From positions 982,710 through 1,023,160 of the forward strand of contig NW_005434659.1 in assembly GCF_000315625.1 (NCBI RefSeq): a DNA stretch of 40,451 nucleotides, written 5' to 3'. A model generated the notes under the pieces. That model saw nothing but the letters and a program-made list of their open reading frames with translations, was not told the origin of the DNA and made no database searches. The DNA is from Guillardia theta CCMP2712. Lineage: Eukaryota > Protista > Cryptophyta. This document shows positions 28,769 to 37,007 of the stretch, in pieces; position 1 is the first letter of the stretch, and the number at the start of each line of letters is the position of its first letter. Position numbers and translations under genes: made by a program.

Positions 28769-30748
28769 ATGACGGAGTGCAGCAGGACAGAAACAGGAGG
28801 ATCCAACGGAGGCTCAGAGCAGGGATCATGTTCGAGTGACGAGCATGGTAAAGATGAGTTTGAAACATTTGAGGCAATAGAAAACATTGTCAAAGGCAAC
28901 ATGCCTGTCAAGTTCAGTAAGACAGGTATTCAACAGGAGTTTCGTGAGCTGCCGCTTGAGGTCGGGTATGAGAAGGAGGGATGTGTGATCTTCAGATTCG
29001 ACACTGACAAAGACAACATCTACTGCTTTCAAAAGATTTACAATGAGCTTGAGAGGTTGCGTCCGGACGGGTTCTCTTCCAAACAGATGCTGTTGGATTT
29101 CATCTGGTCTTGTGTGTACAATGACGAGCACAGCAAGTTCTATCAGATATCGCTAGAGAGCTTCGAGGATCTTGATGTCAGAGAGCATGACGAAGATATG
29201 GTGCTCGATCTGACTGAGACCATCAGGCCGCATATCCATGCAACGTCTTCACACGAGGGGTCGCAGTTCGAGTTCAAACCAGCCATTTCCTGGATCGATT
29301 TGATGTGTATGATTGTCAATCAGTCATCCCTCGCCAACCTCTCGTCCCTCCTTCAACCTAAGTCTATCTCCAAGCTGATCGCTATGTCCGGTTGCGCTCC
29401 TGACCTCTTGCCGGTCTACTGCAAGCGTCGGTCCGATGCTCATCCTCCAGATAGCGTGAGCGTGATCGTCAGGGTCGCTTACCTCTTGACCATGTTAGGC
29501 TCCACTCCAGGGTTCTACGACGGGAGCAACAACACCAACGCACAAGTCATATTCAGCATCATGAAGCAGGCCATCATCATCGACTGCTTGGGGCAGATGT
29601 GTCAGGGCAACCTTGGCAGGGATCGAGACATCATCTTGAGGCTTGTTTGCTGCACTGCCTTGATGTTCCTGGACCTGGCTGGTGATTACGCTACCATCCT
29701 GACGCTAGTGAGCTATGCTGTGCTTATCAACCTCGAGGAAGAGAAATACGACGAGTATCCCGTGCTCTCCATGCTCGATGGCTCTACAAACTCGGGGTTT
29801 CTTATCAGCAACGTCAAGGCTCCCGCTCAAGACTGGCTCCTGTATGCCAACAAGGCCCATGAGGGCGTGATCATGCCCAACGGGGATGTGATCTTCTTGT
29901 CCAACGGGTTGAAGCCAAACTTGACTGACTTTAATCTTAAGTTGCTGGACTCGGACAACGAGACGCTTGCTGTGCTCTCCGTCAGTGACCTCAAAGGCAG
30001 GCTCAAAGAGCTCGTGCAGAGAAGCGCCAAAATCATATTCGGCGGCATCACAGCAGCATCGTTGTTGTTGCTGATAGATGGATTCTTCATCGGATGGCTC
30101 ACCCGAGCTCCCAACAGTCAGGTCACCGCTATCGTTGGCTTCATTCTCTTCTTTCTCATGTTCTGCGACGACTTGACTCAGAGGTTCGTGTCCTACACCA
30201 TGAACAAGTACTTCGTGCTGGTCATCGTGACTGCTCTCGCGGTCGCTCAGAACACTGCTCTGAGCGACCATGGTGTTTTGGACGACAGCACGCAAGCAGA
30301 CACGAAGAAGTTGATCTTTCCCATTGCCAGCCTTATTGTTCTCATTGGTGCGGTGGCATGGTGGGTCAAAGCAGGAAGTTTTTTCTCCATTGATAGGAGT
30401 TTGTTCAAGTCCAACAAGACTGGAATCACCTTCTTCACACTGCGGAACATTATCAACCGCAAGATCAACAGCCTCAGCGAGACTGAATGTGCAGCCTTGT
30501 TGGAAGGCCTTGCTGGGCGAGCAGATTCAGACCAGAATTCCGCCGTAAAATGCAACAAATTTTCACAGAAGTATTGGTGGTATAAGGTGACTATCATTCT
30601 CAATTCTATTGAAGACGACGACATTGATCAATTCGTGAAGAAGTATCTTCACGATGAGTGGCAGATTGCAAATGTCTTTGGCGACTTTGTTGTGCCTGTT
30701 GGACACTCAAGAAGTCCACAAACTGACAATCAGAGGTTGGAAATTTGA
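28769..30748 (+). CDS. Intronless 659-aa hypothetical multi-pass membrane protein
   Basis: Uninterrupted 1980-nt ORF with a C/G-ending codon bias and about 4-6 hydrophobic helices (IIFGGITAASLLLLIDGFFIGWL, AIVGFILFFLMFC, YFVLVIVTALAVA, LIFPIASLIVLIGAVAWWV). Confidence 0.8.
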   Translation: MTECSRTETGGSNGGSEQGSCSSDEHGKDEFETFEAIENIVKGNMPVKFSKTGIQQEFRELPLEVGYEKEGCVIFRFDTDKDNIYCFQKIYNELERLRPDGFSSKQMLLDFIWSCVYNDEHSKFYQISLESFEDLDVREHDEDMVLDLTETIRPHIHATSSHEGSQFEFKPAISWIDLMCMIVNQSSLANLSSLLQPKSISKLIAMSGCAPDLLPVYCKRRSDAHPPDSVSVIVRVAYLLTMLGSTPGFYDGSNNTNAQVIFSIMKQAIIIDCLGQMCQGNLGRDRDIILRLVCCTALMFLDLAGDYATILTLVSYAVLINLEEEKYDEYPVLSMLDGSTNSGFLISNVKAPAQDWLLYANKAHEGVIMPNGDVIFLSNGLKPNLTDFNLKLLDSDNETLAVLSVSDLKGRLKELVQRSAKIIFGGITAASLLLLIDGFFIGWLTRAPNSQVTAIVGFILFFLMFCDDLTQRFVSYTMNKYFVLVIVTALAVAQNTALSDHGVLDDSTQADTKKLIFPIASLIVLIGAVAWWVKAGSFFSIDRSLFKSNKTGITFFTLRNIINRKINSLSETECAALLEGLAGRADSDQNSAVKCNKFSQKYWWYKVTIILNSIEDDDIDQFVKKYLHDEWQIANVFGDFVVPVGHSRSPQTDNQRLEI

Positions 30749-31021
30749 AAGTAGAGCGGTATATCTCCTCCATTACCATCAGAGATCTCATCGTTGAAAA
30801 GCTTGATAAAAAGCCATCATTGCACTAAGAATTATGAACTCAAATGAAACCATTCGTCTTCAACTTAGAACCAAGATCCAAATCTCTCGCCGCCGCAGAG
30901 GTACAACCGGGGCCGGCGCTTGCTGGCATGCTCGCGCAGCTGCTGGGCAGATAGGTCGCAAGGGGCCGAGCCCGAAGACGTATGTTGCTGTCGCAGCAAG
31001 CACAGGAGCTCTGCAGCAGCC

Positions 31022-31042
31022 TTAGGGTTTAGGGTTTAGGGT
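31022..31042 (+). repeat. Telomeric repeat tract 1, about 3 x TTTAGGG
   Basis: TTAGGG TTTAGGG TTTAGGG T. Confidence 0.95.
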
Positions 31043-31644
31043 GAAAGGATCGATCATGGAGAGGGAATGGCATGAGAATTTCAGGATGCTAAGGGTGGAA
31101 GACACGGAATGGGATGGCATCAAGACAGCAGCAATCAAGCAACTGCTGGAGGCGCAACACACGCTATGGACGGCAAGAAGGGTAAGAGAGTCGATTTAGT
31201 CCGATGGGGGCAGGCGCGGCTCATGGGCAAGCCACCCATGGAGCACAAGAAGGGAGGAAAACAAGCCGGGCATCAAGGAAGCAGACGCGGCGCATGGTCA
31301 TGGGCCGCATGAAGGGAAGAAGAGAAGGGCTAGCCAGCAGGAGAAGGGACAGCCTTGCCACAGTGGGCGACTCGCTGCATGTGGGGGGGGAAGGGGCAGG
31401 AAGGTGCAACGGCAGTTAGCGAAAACAAGAAGGGGGACCGGGATCGGAAATTGGAACGGGCCCGGAGGACATCGTTACTGAAAACAACTAGTACGGAAGC
31501 AACCAGGCCTAAGGGGCCTATAGGAAAATGGGCCAACCCCCCCCCAAGGTTGGGAACCCCTTTAGACGGATCATTAGGCGAGAGATGAGCGAAGAGCAAT
31601 AGTTCTTAGCTATCAAACTCTTGACTAAGAGTCTAATAAACTCA

Positions 31645-31674
<30 letters not shown>
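31041..31674 (+). mobile_element. 5'-truncated non-LTR retrotransposon: C-terminal RLE-like ORF remnant, 3' UTR and (AAT)10 tail
   Basis: 31041-31199 translates VKGSIMEREWHENFRMLRVEDTEWDGIKTAAIKQLLEAQHTLWTARRVRESI*, resembling the 'GxxG.i...w...l..l......i....l.....lW' end of RLE elements. It ends CTAATAAACTCA(AAT)10 fused to AGGG telomeric repeats. Confidence 0.6.
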
Positions 31675-31675
<1 letters not shown>

Positions 31676-31712
31676 GGGTTTAGGGTTTAGGGTTTAGGGT
31701 TTAGGGTTTAGG
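31674..31712 (+). repeat. Telomeric repeat tract 2
   Basis: TAGGG(TTTAGGG)4TTTAGG. Confidence 0.97.
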
Positions 31713-31823
31713 AGGCGCCGTTATTTTCGGCAGCATGGCTCCTCGTCAGGTGTAGGGGAAGCCGCCAGGGCGCCAAGGAAGCTGCAAGCAAGAGGTTTGT
31801 ATACTTCAAATAGCTTTCTAAGT

Positions 31824-33972
31824 ATGGTTCTTCAGTATGATGAAAATGTTCGCAACCTGCTGTATCGGAGATCATGCCAATACACGCAGAGCGGACTTGT
31901 GGATGCCTCTGTCCTCGAAGCTGATCTCGTCGAGAGGGTGAAGAGCTTCGCGAAGCGTTATCCGAACAGCAGGACAGCCCAGGCTTGCAAGCGGCTGTGG
32001 AGGGATGCACCCCCGACGCTATCATATCGCAGAAGCCATCCGCTCGACATGTCAGCAGGCACGACGTGAGCTTCTGCAAGAAGCGATGACTGGATGGAGT
32101 GACGCATCCAGAGAGTGGTTCATGCAGCAGATTGAAGAAGCCAAGAAGGAGAAGGTCGAGACATACACCGCCTCAGCAGGCAACGAGGTGACTTCCTTCA
32201 TCTCCATGACTCTCCTGGGCATCTCCTCGGTGTATGTCAACCATGAAGAAAAGCTGAAGAAGAAATTCGAAGAGATCGGACTGATCGTAGACTCAGTGCA
32301 AGAGAGTAAAGCAATCATGTGGAAGGCTCCGTATAGACCCGAGATAGCGAGTGCTGAGGAGATCCCGGTGACTGTTTCCTTCCTCCGCAATGCACAAGCG
32401 GAGAAGCTCTGGCAGGGAAGAGAGGACTTCGCGATCGATGGTCGCAAGTTCACAGCTGTACATGTGAGCATCGTGCACGATCGATCTTTCAAGATTCGAG
32501 CCAAGAGAGGACCCTGGGGCAAAGGGGGCAGCTTGGCAGAGCTGACCCACCTGCTAACCTTGGGCGGCATGACAACGGCTGAGATAGCTGCCGTCTATCG
32601 CTATCAGCTGCTGCGCCAGTCCCTTGCAGCGGTCCAACTCCAGCCGCTGGCAGGCATGCTGGTCGCTGGGGCGCCAGGACAGCAAGTCCACAAAGGCTTA
32701 GGTCAGAAAGGCTTCATCGCTGTAGGGGCCAACGTCATCTGGAGACAGAGGGAGGTGGAGTGGATCGTCTCCTCGAGCTGCCCAGAGGCGAATGATACAG
32801 CATTTCGAGCTTTCCGAGAGAGCGAAGCGATGGAGGGAGTACACCTGACTCTGTTCAGCGAGGACCCGAAGATCAGAGAGGCGCTCGCAGTCGAGTTGAC
32901 AGCGGATCGCTTTGTGTCCAGAAATAAGTTGAAGAAGGCATCAAGGATGCAGAAGAAGGCAGGCGGCAAGGACGGCAAGGAGATCAAGATCATCATCAAG
33001 TCGACGGCGGCATCTGGTCGCTTCACGAGGAAGGAGATGGAGGGGCTGTGCAACGGCGGCAACACGTCCATCGCAAGAGTCAAGAGAGTCTTGTTGGAGA
33101 TCGCTAACAGGCTCGAGATCAAAGTTGAAGGCATCGACATGGAGGAGGATTTGAACACCAAGTCCTGGAACGGGTCCAAGCTATGCATCCTCCTCGGCTC
33201 CACGGAGGATGCTCGATGCATGATGAAGGAGCTGCCCTTCTATCTCGAAGGCGCAGCCACCAAGCTCGAAGCAGTCGGCTTCGACAAGGAGCCTGAGGCG
33301 GCTGGTCAGCGGGGCACCAGCGACGCAGCGCAGCGACAGGAAGAGAGCGAGGGAGAGTGGCTGGAGTTTACAGACCTGGAGAGGATCACAATGGAGGCAG
33401 CATCTCCGTCAAGCCAAGAGGACATGCAGCTCGTCAGCGAGCTGTCAGCAGTCATCGAAGATGCAACTTCTTTCAACGAGGCAGGGACGAGCGAGCCGAT
33501 CAAGCTGGTCCTGGACAAGGCCGTTGGCAACCTCCACGACACCTTCTACTCTCCGGGGAGCCTGGAGTTCATGTCGCTGGGAGAGTGGGCGAAGATGCCA
33601 GAGGAGCAGGGAGTTGGACGCAACGTTCTCAAGGAGAAGCTGGGGAAGTGGCTGCAGAGCAAGCGCTGGACTCGCGTGCAAGGAGAGAGCAAGAAGGCAA
33701 GGAGGGGCAGCGCGTTCTCGCCACGGGCAACGGCAGCTGCTGAGCTTGAGCAGGAGGCGGAGAGCGACGACATAGAGCGTCGATCTCTTAGCTTCCTGTT
33801 CATAGCACTGAGTAAATTCGCAGAGATGCATGTGCTGGCCTGCTCGCTGAAGGTGGACAAGAAGGACCGACTGCGAGTGGAGATGAGGGAAGATGACGAA
33901 GAAGAGGAAGACATGGAGGAAGAGCAAGGCGAGGGCGAGGAAGAAGACAGGGCGAGCCCGTACCGAGCTTGA
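31824..33972 (+). pseudogene. Frameshifted copy of the ORF1-like protein
   Basis: Versus copies 2 and 3 it carries +2 nt (~31991) and +5 nt (~32022) insertions. These split it into ORFs 31797..32069 and 32005..33972. Confidence 0.75.
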
Positions 33973-34000
33973 GCTGAGCTCAAGGTAAGGAGAGGTAGGA

Positions 34001-34133
34001 GGCGACCGAAGGCCAAGGTGAGGAGAGGCAACTCTCCTGACTGAGGCTGAGGAAGCTGAATGGAGGAGGAGTAGGTGGCGACCGAAGGCCAAGGTGAGGA
34101 GAGGCAACTCTCCTGACTGAGGCTGAGGAAGCC
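34001..34133 (+). repeat. 76-bp tandem unit in the 3' UTR of copy 1 (contains AGGAGAG-GCAA-CTCTCCT hairpin)
   Basis: Units start at 34001 and 34077. Confidence 0.9.
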
Positions 34134-34322
34134 AAGAGAAGACAGCAGAAGTAGAAAGTAGAAAGAGACCTCAGAAGCAGGGTTCGCATTGTAGGCCGTG
34201 TACTCCCAGTGCTCGCGCGCCTCTTTAGACTAGGATCAAATTGCAAAAGCCCACAACGAGGCCGAGCAACATTCTAGCATTCTAATAAACTCACATAACT
34301 AGTTATAATAATAATAATATAC

Positions 34323-34374
34323 GGGTTTAGGGTTTAGGGTTTAGGGTTTAAGGGTTTAGGGTTTACGGTTTAGG
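34323..34374 (+). repeat. Telomeric tract 3 with variant units
   Basis: TTTAGGG units plus TTTAAGGG and TTTACGG. Confidence 0.95.
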
Positions 34375-34454
34375 ACCGGGCCCGTTGACAGAGGCACCGG
34401 GCCCGTTGACAGAGGCACCGGGCCCGTTGACAGAGCACCGGGCCCGTTGAGAGA
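34375..34454 (+). repeat. 21-bp tandem repeat (ACCGGGCCCGTTGACAGAGGC) x ~4
   Basis: Sits between two telomeric tracts. Confidence 0.9.
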
Positions 34455-34470
34455 GGGTTTAGGGTTTAGG
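34454..34470 (+). repeat. Telomeric tract 4
   Basis: AGGG TTTAGGG TTTAGG. Confidence 0.9.
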
Positions 34471-34603
34471 AGGCGCCGTTATTTTCGGCAGGCGCCGTTA
34501 TTTCCGGCAGGCGCCGTTATTTTCGGCAGGCGCCGTTATTTTCGGCAGGCGCCGTTATTTTCGGCAGGCGCCGTTATTTTCGGCAGGCGCCGTTATTTTC
34601 GGC
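34471..34603 (+). repeat. 19-bp tandem repeat (AGGCGCCGTTATTTTCGGC) x7
   Basis: Seven units, one with a T>C variant. Confidence 0.95.
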
Positions 34604-34695
34604 AGCATGGCTCCTCGTCAGGTGTAGGGGAAGCCGCCAGGGCGCCAAGGAAGCTGCAAGCGAGAGGTTTGTATACTTCAAATAGCTTTCTAAGT

Positions 34696-36825
34696 ATGGT
34701 TCTTCAGTATGATGAAAATGTTCGCAACCTGCTGTATCGGAGATCATGCCAATACACGCAGAGCGGACTTGTGGATGCCTCTGTCCTCGAAGCTGATCTC
34801 GTCGAGAGGGTGAAGAGCTTCGCGAAGCGTTATCCGAACAGCAGGACAGCCCAGGCTTGCAAGGCTGTGGAGGGATGCACCCCCGACGCTATCGCAGAAG
34901 CCATCCGCTCGACATGTCAGCAGGCACGACGTGAGCTTCTGCAAGAAGCGATGACTGGATGGAGTGACGCATCCAGAGAGTGGTTCATGCAGCAGATTGA
35001 AGAAGCCAAGAAAGAGAAGGTCGAGACATACACCGCCTCAGCAGGCAACGAGGTGACTTCCTTCATCTCCATGACTCTCCTGGGCATCTCCTCGGTGTAT
35101 GTCAACCATGAAGAAAAGCTGAAGAAGAAATTTGAAGAGATCGGACTGATCGTAGACTCAGTGCAAGAGAGTAAAGCAATCATGTGGAAGGCTCCGTATA
35201 GACCCGAGATAGCGAGTGCTGATGAGATCCCGGTGACTGTTTCCTTCCTCCGCAATGCACAAGCGGAGAAGCTCTGGCAGGGAAGAGAGGACTTCGCGAT
35301 CGATGGTCGCAAGTTCACAGCTGTACATGTGAGCATCGTGCACGATCGATCTTTCAAGATTCGAGCCAAGAGAGGACCCTGGGGCAAAGGGGGCAGCTTG
35401 GCAGAGCTGACTCACCTGCTAACCTTGGGCGGCATGACAACGGCTGAGATAGCTGCCGTCTATCGCTATCAGCTGCTGCGCCAGTCCCTGGCAGCGGTAC
35501 AGCTCCAGCCGCTGGCAGGCATGCTGGTCGCTGGGGCGCCAGGACAGCAAGTCCACAAAGGCTTAGGTCAGAAAGGCTTCATCGCTGTAGGGGCCAACGT
35601 CATCTGGAGACAGAGGGAGGTGGAGTGGATCGTCTCCTCGAGCTGCCCAGAGGCGAATGATACAGCATTTCGAGCTTTCCGAGAGAGCGAAGCGATGGAG
35701 GGAGTACACCTGACTCTGTTCAGCGAGGACCCGAAGATCAGAGAGGCGCTCGCAGTCGAGTTGACAGCGGATCGCTTTGTGTCCAGAAATAAGTTGAAGA
35801 AGGCATCAAGACTGCAGAAGAAGGACGGCAAGGAGATCAAGATCATCATCAAGTCGACGGCGGCATCTGGTCGCTTCACGAGGAAGGAGATGGAGGGGCT
35901 GTGCAACGGCGGCAACACGTCTATCGCAAGAGTCAAGAGAGTCTTGTTGGAGATCGCTAACAGGCTCGAGATCAAAGTTGAAGGCATCGACATGGAGGAG
36001 GATTTGAACACCAAGTCCTGGAACGGGTCCAAGCTATGCATCCTCCTCGGCTCCACGGAGGATGCTCGACGCATGATGAAGGAGCTGCCCTTCTATCTCG
36101 AAGGCGCAGCAACCAAGCTCGAAGCAGTCGGCTTCGACAAGGAGCCTGAGGCGGCTGGTCAGCGGGGCACCAGCGACGCAGCACAGCGACAGGAGGAGAG
36201 CGAGGGAGAGTGGCTGGAGTTTACAGACCTGGAGAGGATCACAATGGAGGCAGCATCTCCGTCAAGCCAAGAGGACATGCAGCTCGTCAGCGAGCTGTCA
36301 GCAGTCATCGAAGATGCAGCTTCTTTCAACGAGGCAGGGACGAGCGAGCCGATCAAGCTGGTCCTGGACAAGGCCGTTGGCAACCTCCACGACACCTTCT
36401 ACTCTCCGGGGAGCCTGGAGTTCATGTCGCTGGGAGAGTGGGCGAAGATGCCAGAGGAGCAGGGAGTTGGGCGCAACGTTCTCAAGGAGAAGCTGGGGAA
36501 GTGGCTGCAGAGCAAGCGCTGGACTCGCGTGCAAGGAGAGAGCAAGAAGGCAAGGAGGGGCAGCGCGTTCTCGCCACGGGCAACGGCAGCTGCTGAGCTT
36601 GAGCAGGAGGCGGAGAGCGACGACATAGAGCGTCGATCTCTTAGCTTCCTGTTCATAGCACTGAGTAAATTCGCAGAGATGCATGTGCTGGCCTGCTCGC
36701 TGAAGGTGGACAAGAAGGACCGACTGCGAGTGGAGATGAGGGAAGATGACGAAGAAGAGGAAGACATGGAGGAAGAGCAAGGCGAGGGCGAGGAAGAAGA
36801 CGGGGCGAGCCCGTACCGAGCTTGA
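34696..36825 (+). CDS. 709-aa ORF1/Gag-like protein with putative RRM-like domains and an acidic C-tail
   Basis: Open frame. The start is placed at MVLQYDEN because conservation with copy 4 becomes synonymous from that ATG. RRM-like pattern SMTLLGI..HEEKLKKKFEEIGLIVDSV..VTVSF..AQAEKL..FAIDGRKFTAV. Confidence 0.8.
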   Translation: MVLQYDENVRNLLYRRSCQYTQSGLVDASVLEADLVERVKSFAKRYPNSRTAQACKAVEGCTPDAIAEAIRSTCQQARRELLQEAMTGWSDASREWFMQQIEEAKKEKVETYTASAGNEVTSFISMTLLGISSVYVNHEEKLKKKFEEIGLIVDSVQESKAIMWKAPYRPEIASADEIPVTVSFLRNAQAEKLWQGREDFAIDGRKFTAVHVSIVHDRSFKIRAKRGPWGKGGSLAELTHLLTLGGMTTAEIAAVYRYQLLRQSLAAVQLQPLAGMLVAGAPGQQVHKGLGQKGFIAVGANVIWRQREVEWIVSSSCPEANDTAFRAFRESEAMEGVHLTLFSEDPKIREALAVELTADRFVSRNKLKKASRLQKKDGKEIKIIIKSTAASGRFTRKEMEGLCNGGNTSIARVKRVLLEIANRLEIKVEGIDMEEDLNTKSWNGSKLCILLGSTEDARRMMKELPFYLEGAATKLEAVGFDKEPEAAGQRGTSDAAQRQEESEGEWLEFTDLERITMEAASPSSQEDMQLVSELSAVIEDAASFNEAGTSEPIKLVLDKAVGNLHDTFYSPGSLEFMSLGEWAKMPEEQGVGRNVLKEKLGKWLQSKRWTRVQGESKKARRGSAFSPRATAAAELEQEAESDDIERRSLSFLFIALSKFAEMHVLACSLKVDKKDRLRVEMREDDEEEEDMEEEQGEGEEEDGASPYRA

Positions 36826-37007
36826 GCTGAGCTCAAGGTAAGGAGAGAAGGTAGGAGGCGACCGAAGGCCAAGGTGAGGAGAGGCAACTCTCCTGACTGA
36901 GGCTGAGGAAGCTGAATGGAGGAGGAGTAGGTGGCGACCGAAGGCCAAGGTGAGGAGAGGCAACTCTCCTGACTGAGGCTGAGGAAGCTGAATGGAGATA
37001 GAGTAGG

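Larger units (their letters stand above)
31713..34322 (+). mobile_element. Telomere-inserted element copy 1 (~2.6 kb, single ORF, AAT tail)
   Basis: Bounded by telomeric tracts and near-identical to copies 2 and 3. It has one 19-bp 5' unit, ~1.7 76-bp 3' units and a CTAATAAACTCA + AAT tail. Confidence 0.9.
34471..37007 (+). mobile_element. Telomere-inserted element copy 2 (3' terminus missing)
   Basis: Seven 19-bp units, an intact ORF and two 76-bp units, then direct fusion to copy 3. Confidence 0.9.

Noticed and set aside
31022-31042. True chromosome terminus inside the window
   Set aside because: All telomeric tracts are short and internal, and the window ends in a 20-bp satellite. A terminal location is inferred only.
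31713-31790. HDV-like ribozyme at the element 5' end (TCCTCGT loop, GCAGC/GCTGC pairing)
   Set aside because: P3 cannot close (GGC vs CAG), the J4/2 position has G rather than the catalytic C, and the motif is not kept in copy 4. An RNArobo/Infernal search would settle it.
34001-34133. Hammerhead ribozyme (CTGAGGA) in the 76-bp unit, which would suggest a Penelope-like element
   Set aside because: It is followed by GAAT or CAAG rather than GAAA, and I find no stem III or NUH site.
34375-34603. CRISPR-like array from the 19-21 bp repeats
   Set aside because: The repeats are directly tandem with no unique spacers, the context is eukaryotic and there are no cas genes.
34447-34695. 83-aa N-terminal extension of the 792-aa ORF
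   Set aside because: It starts at TTG and reads through telomeric and 19-bp repeats. Conservation with copy 4 starts only at MVLQY.
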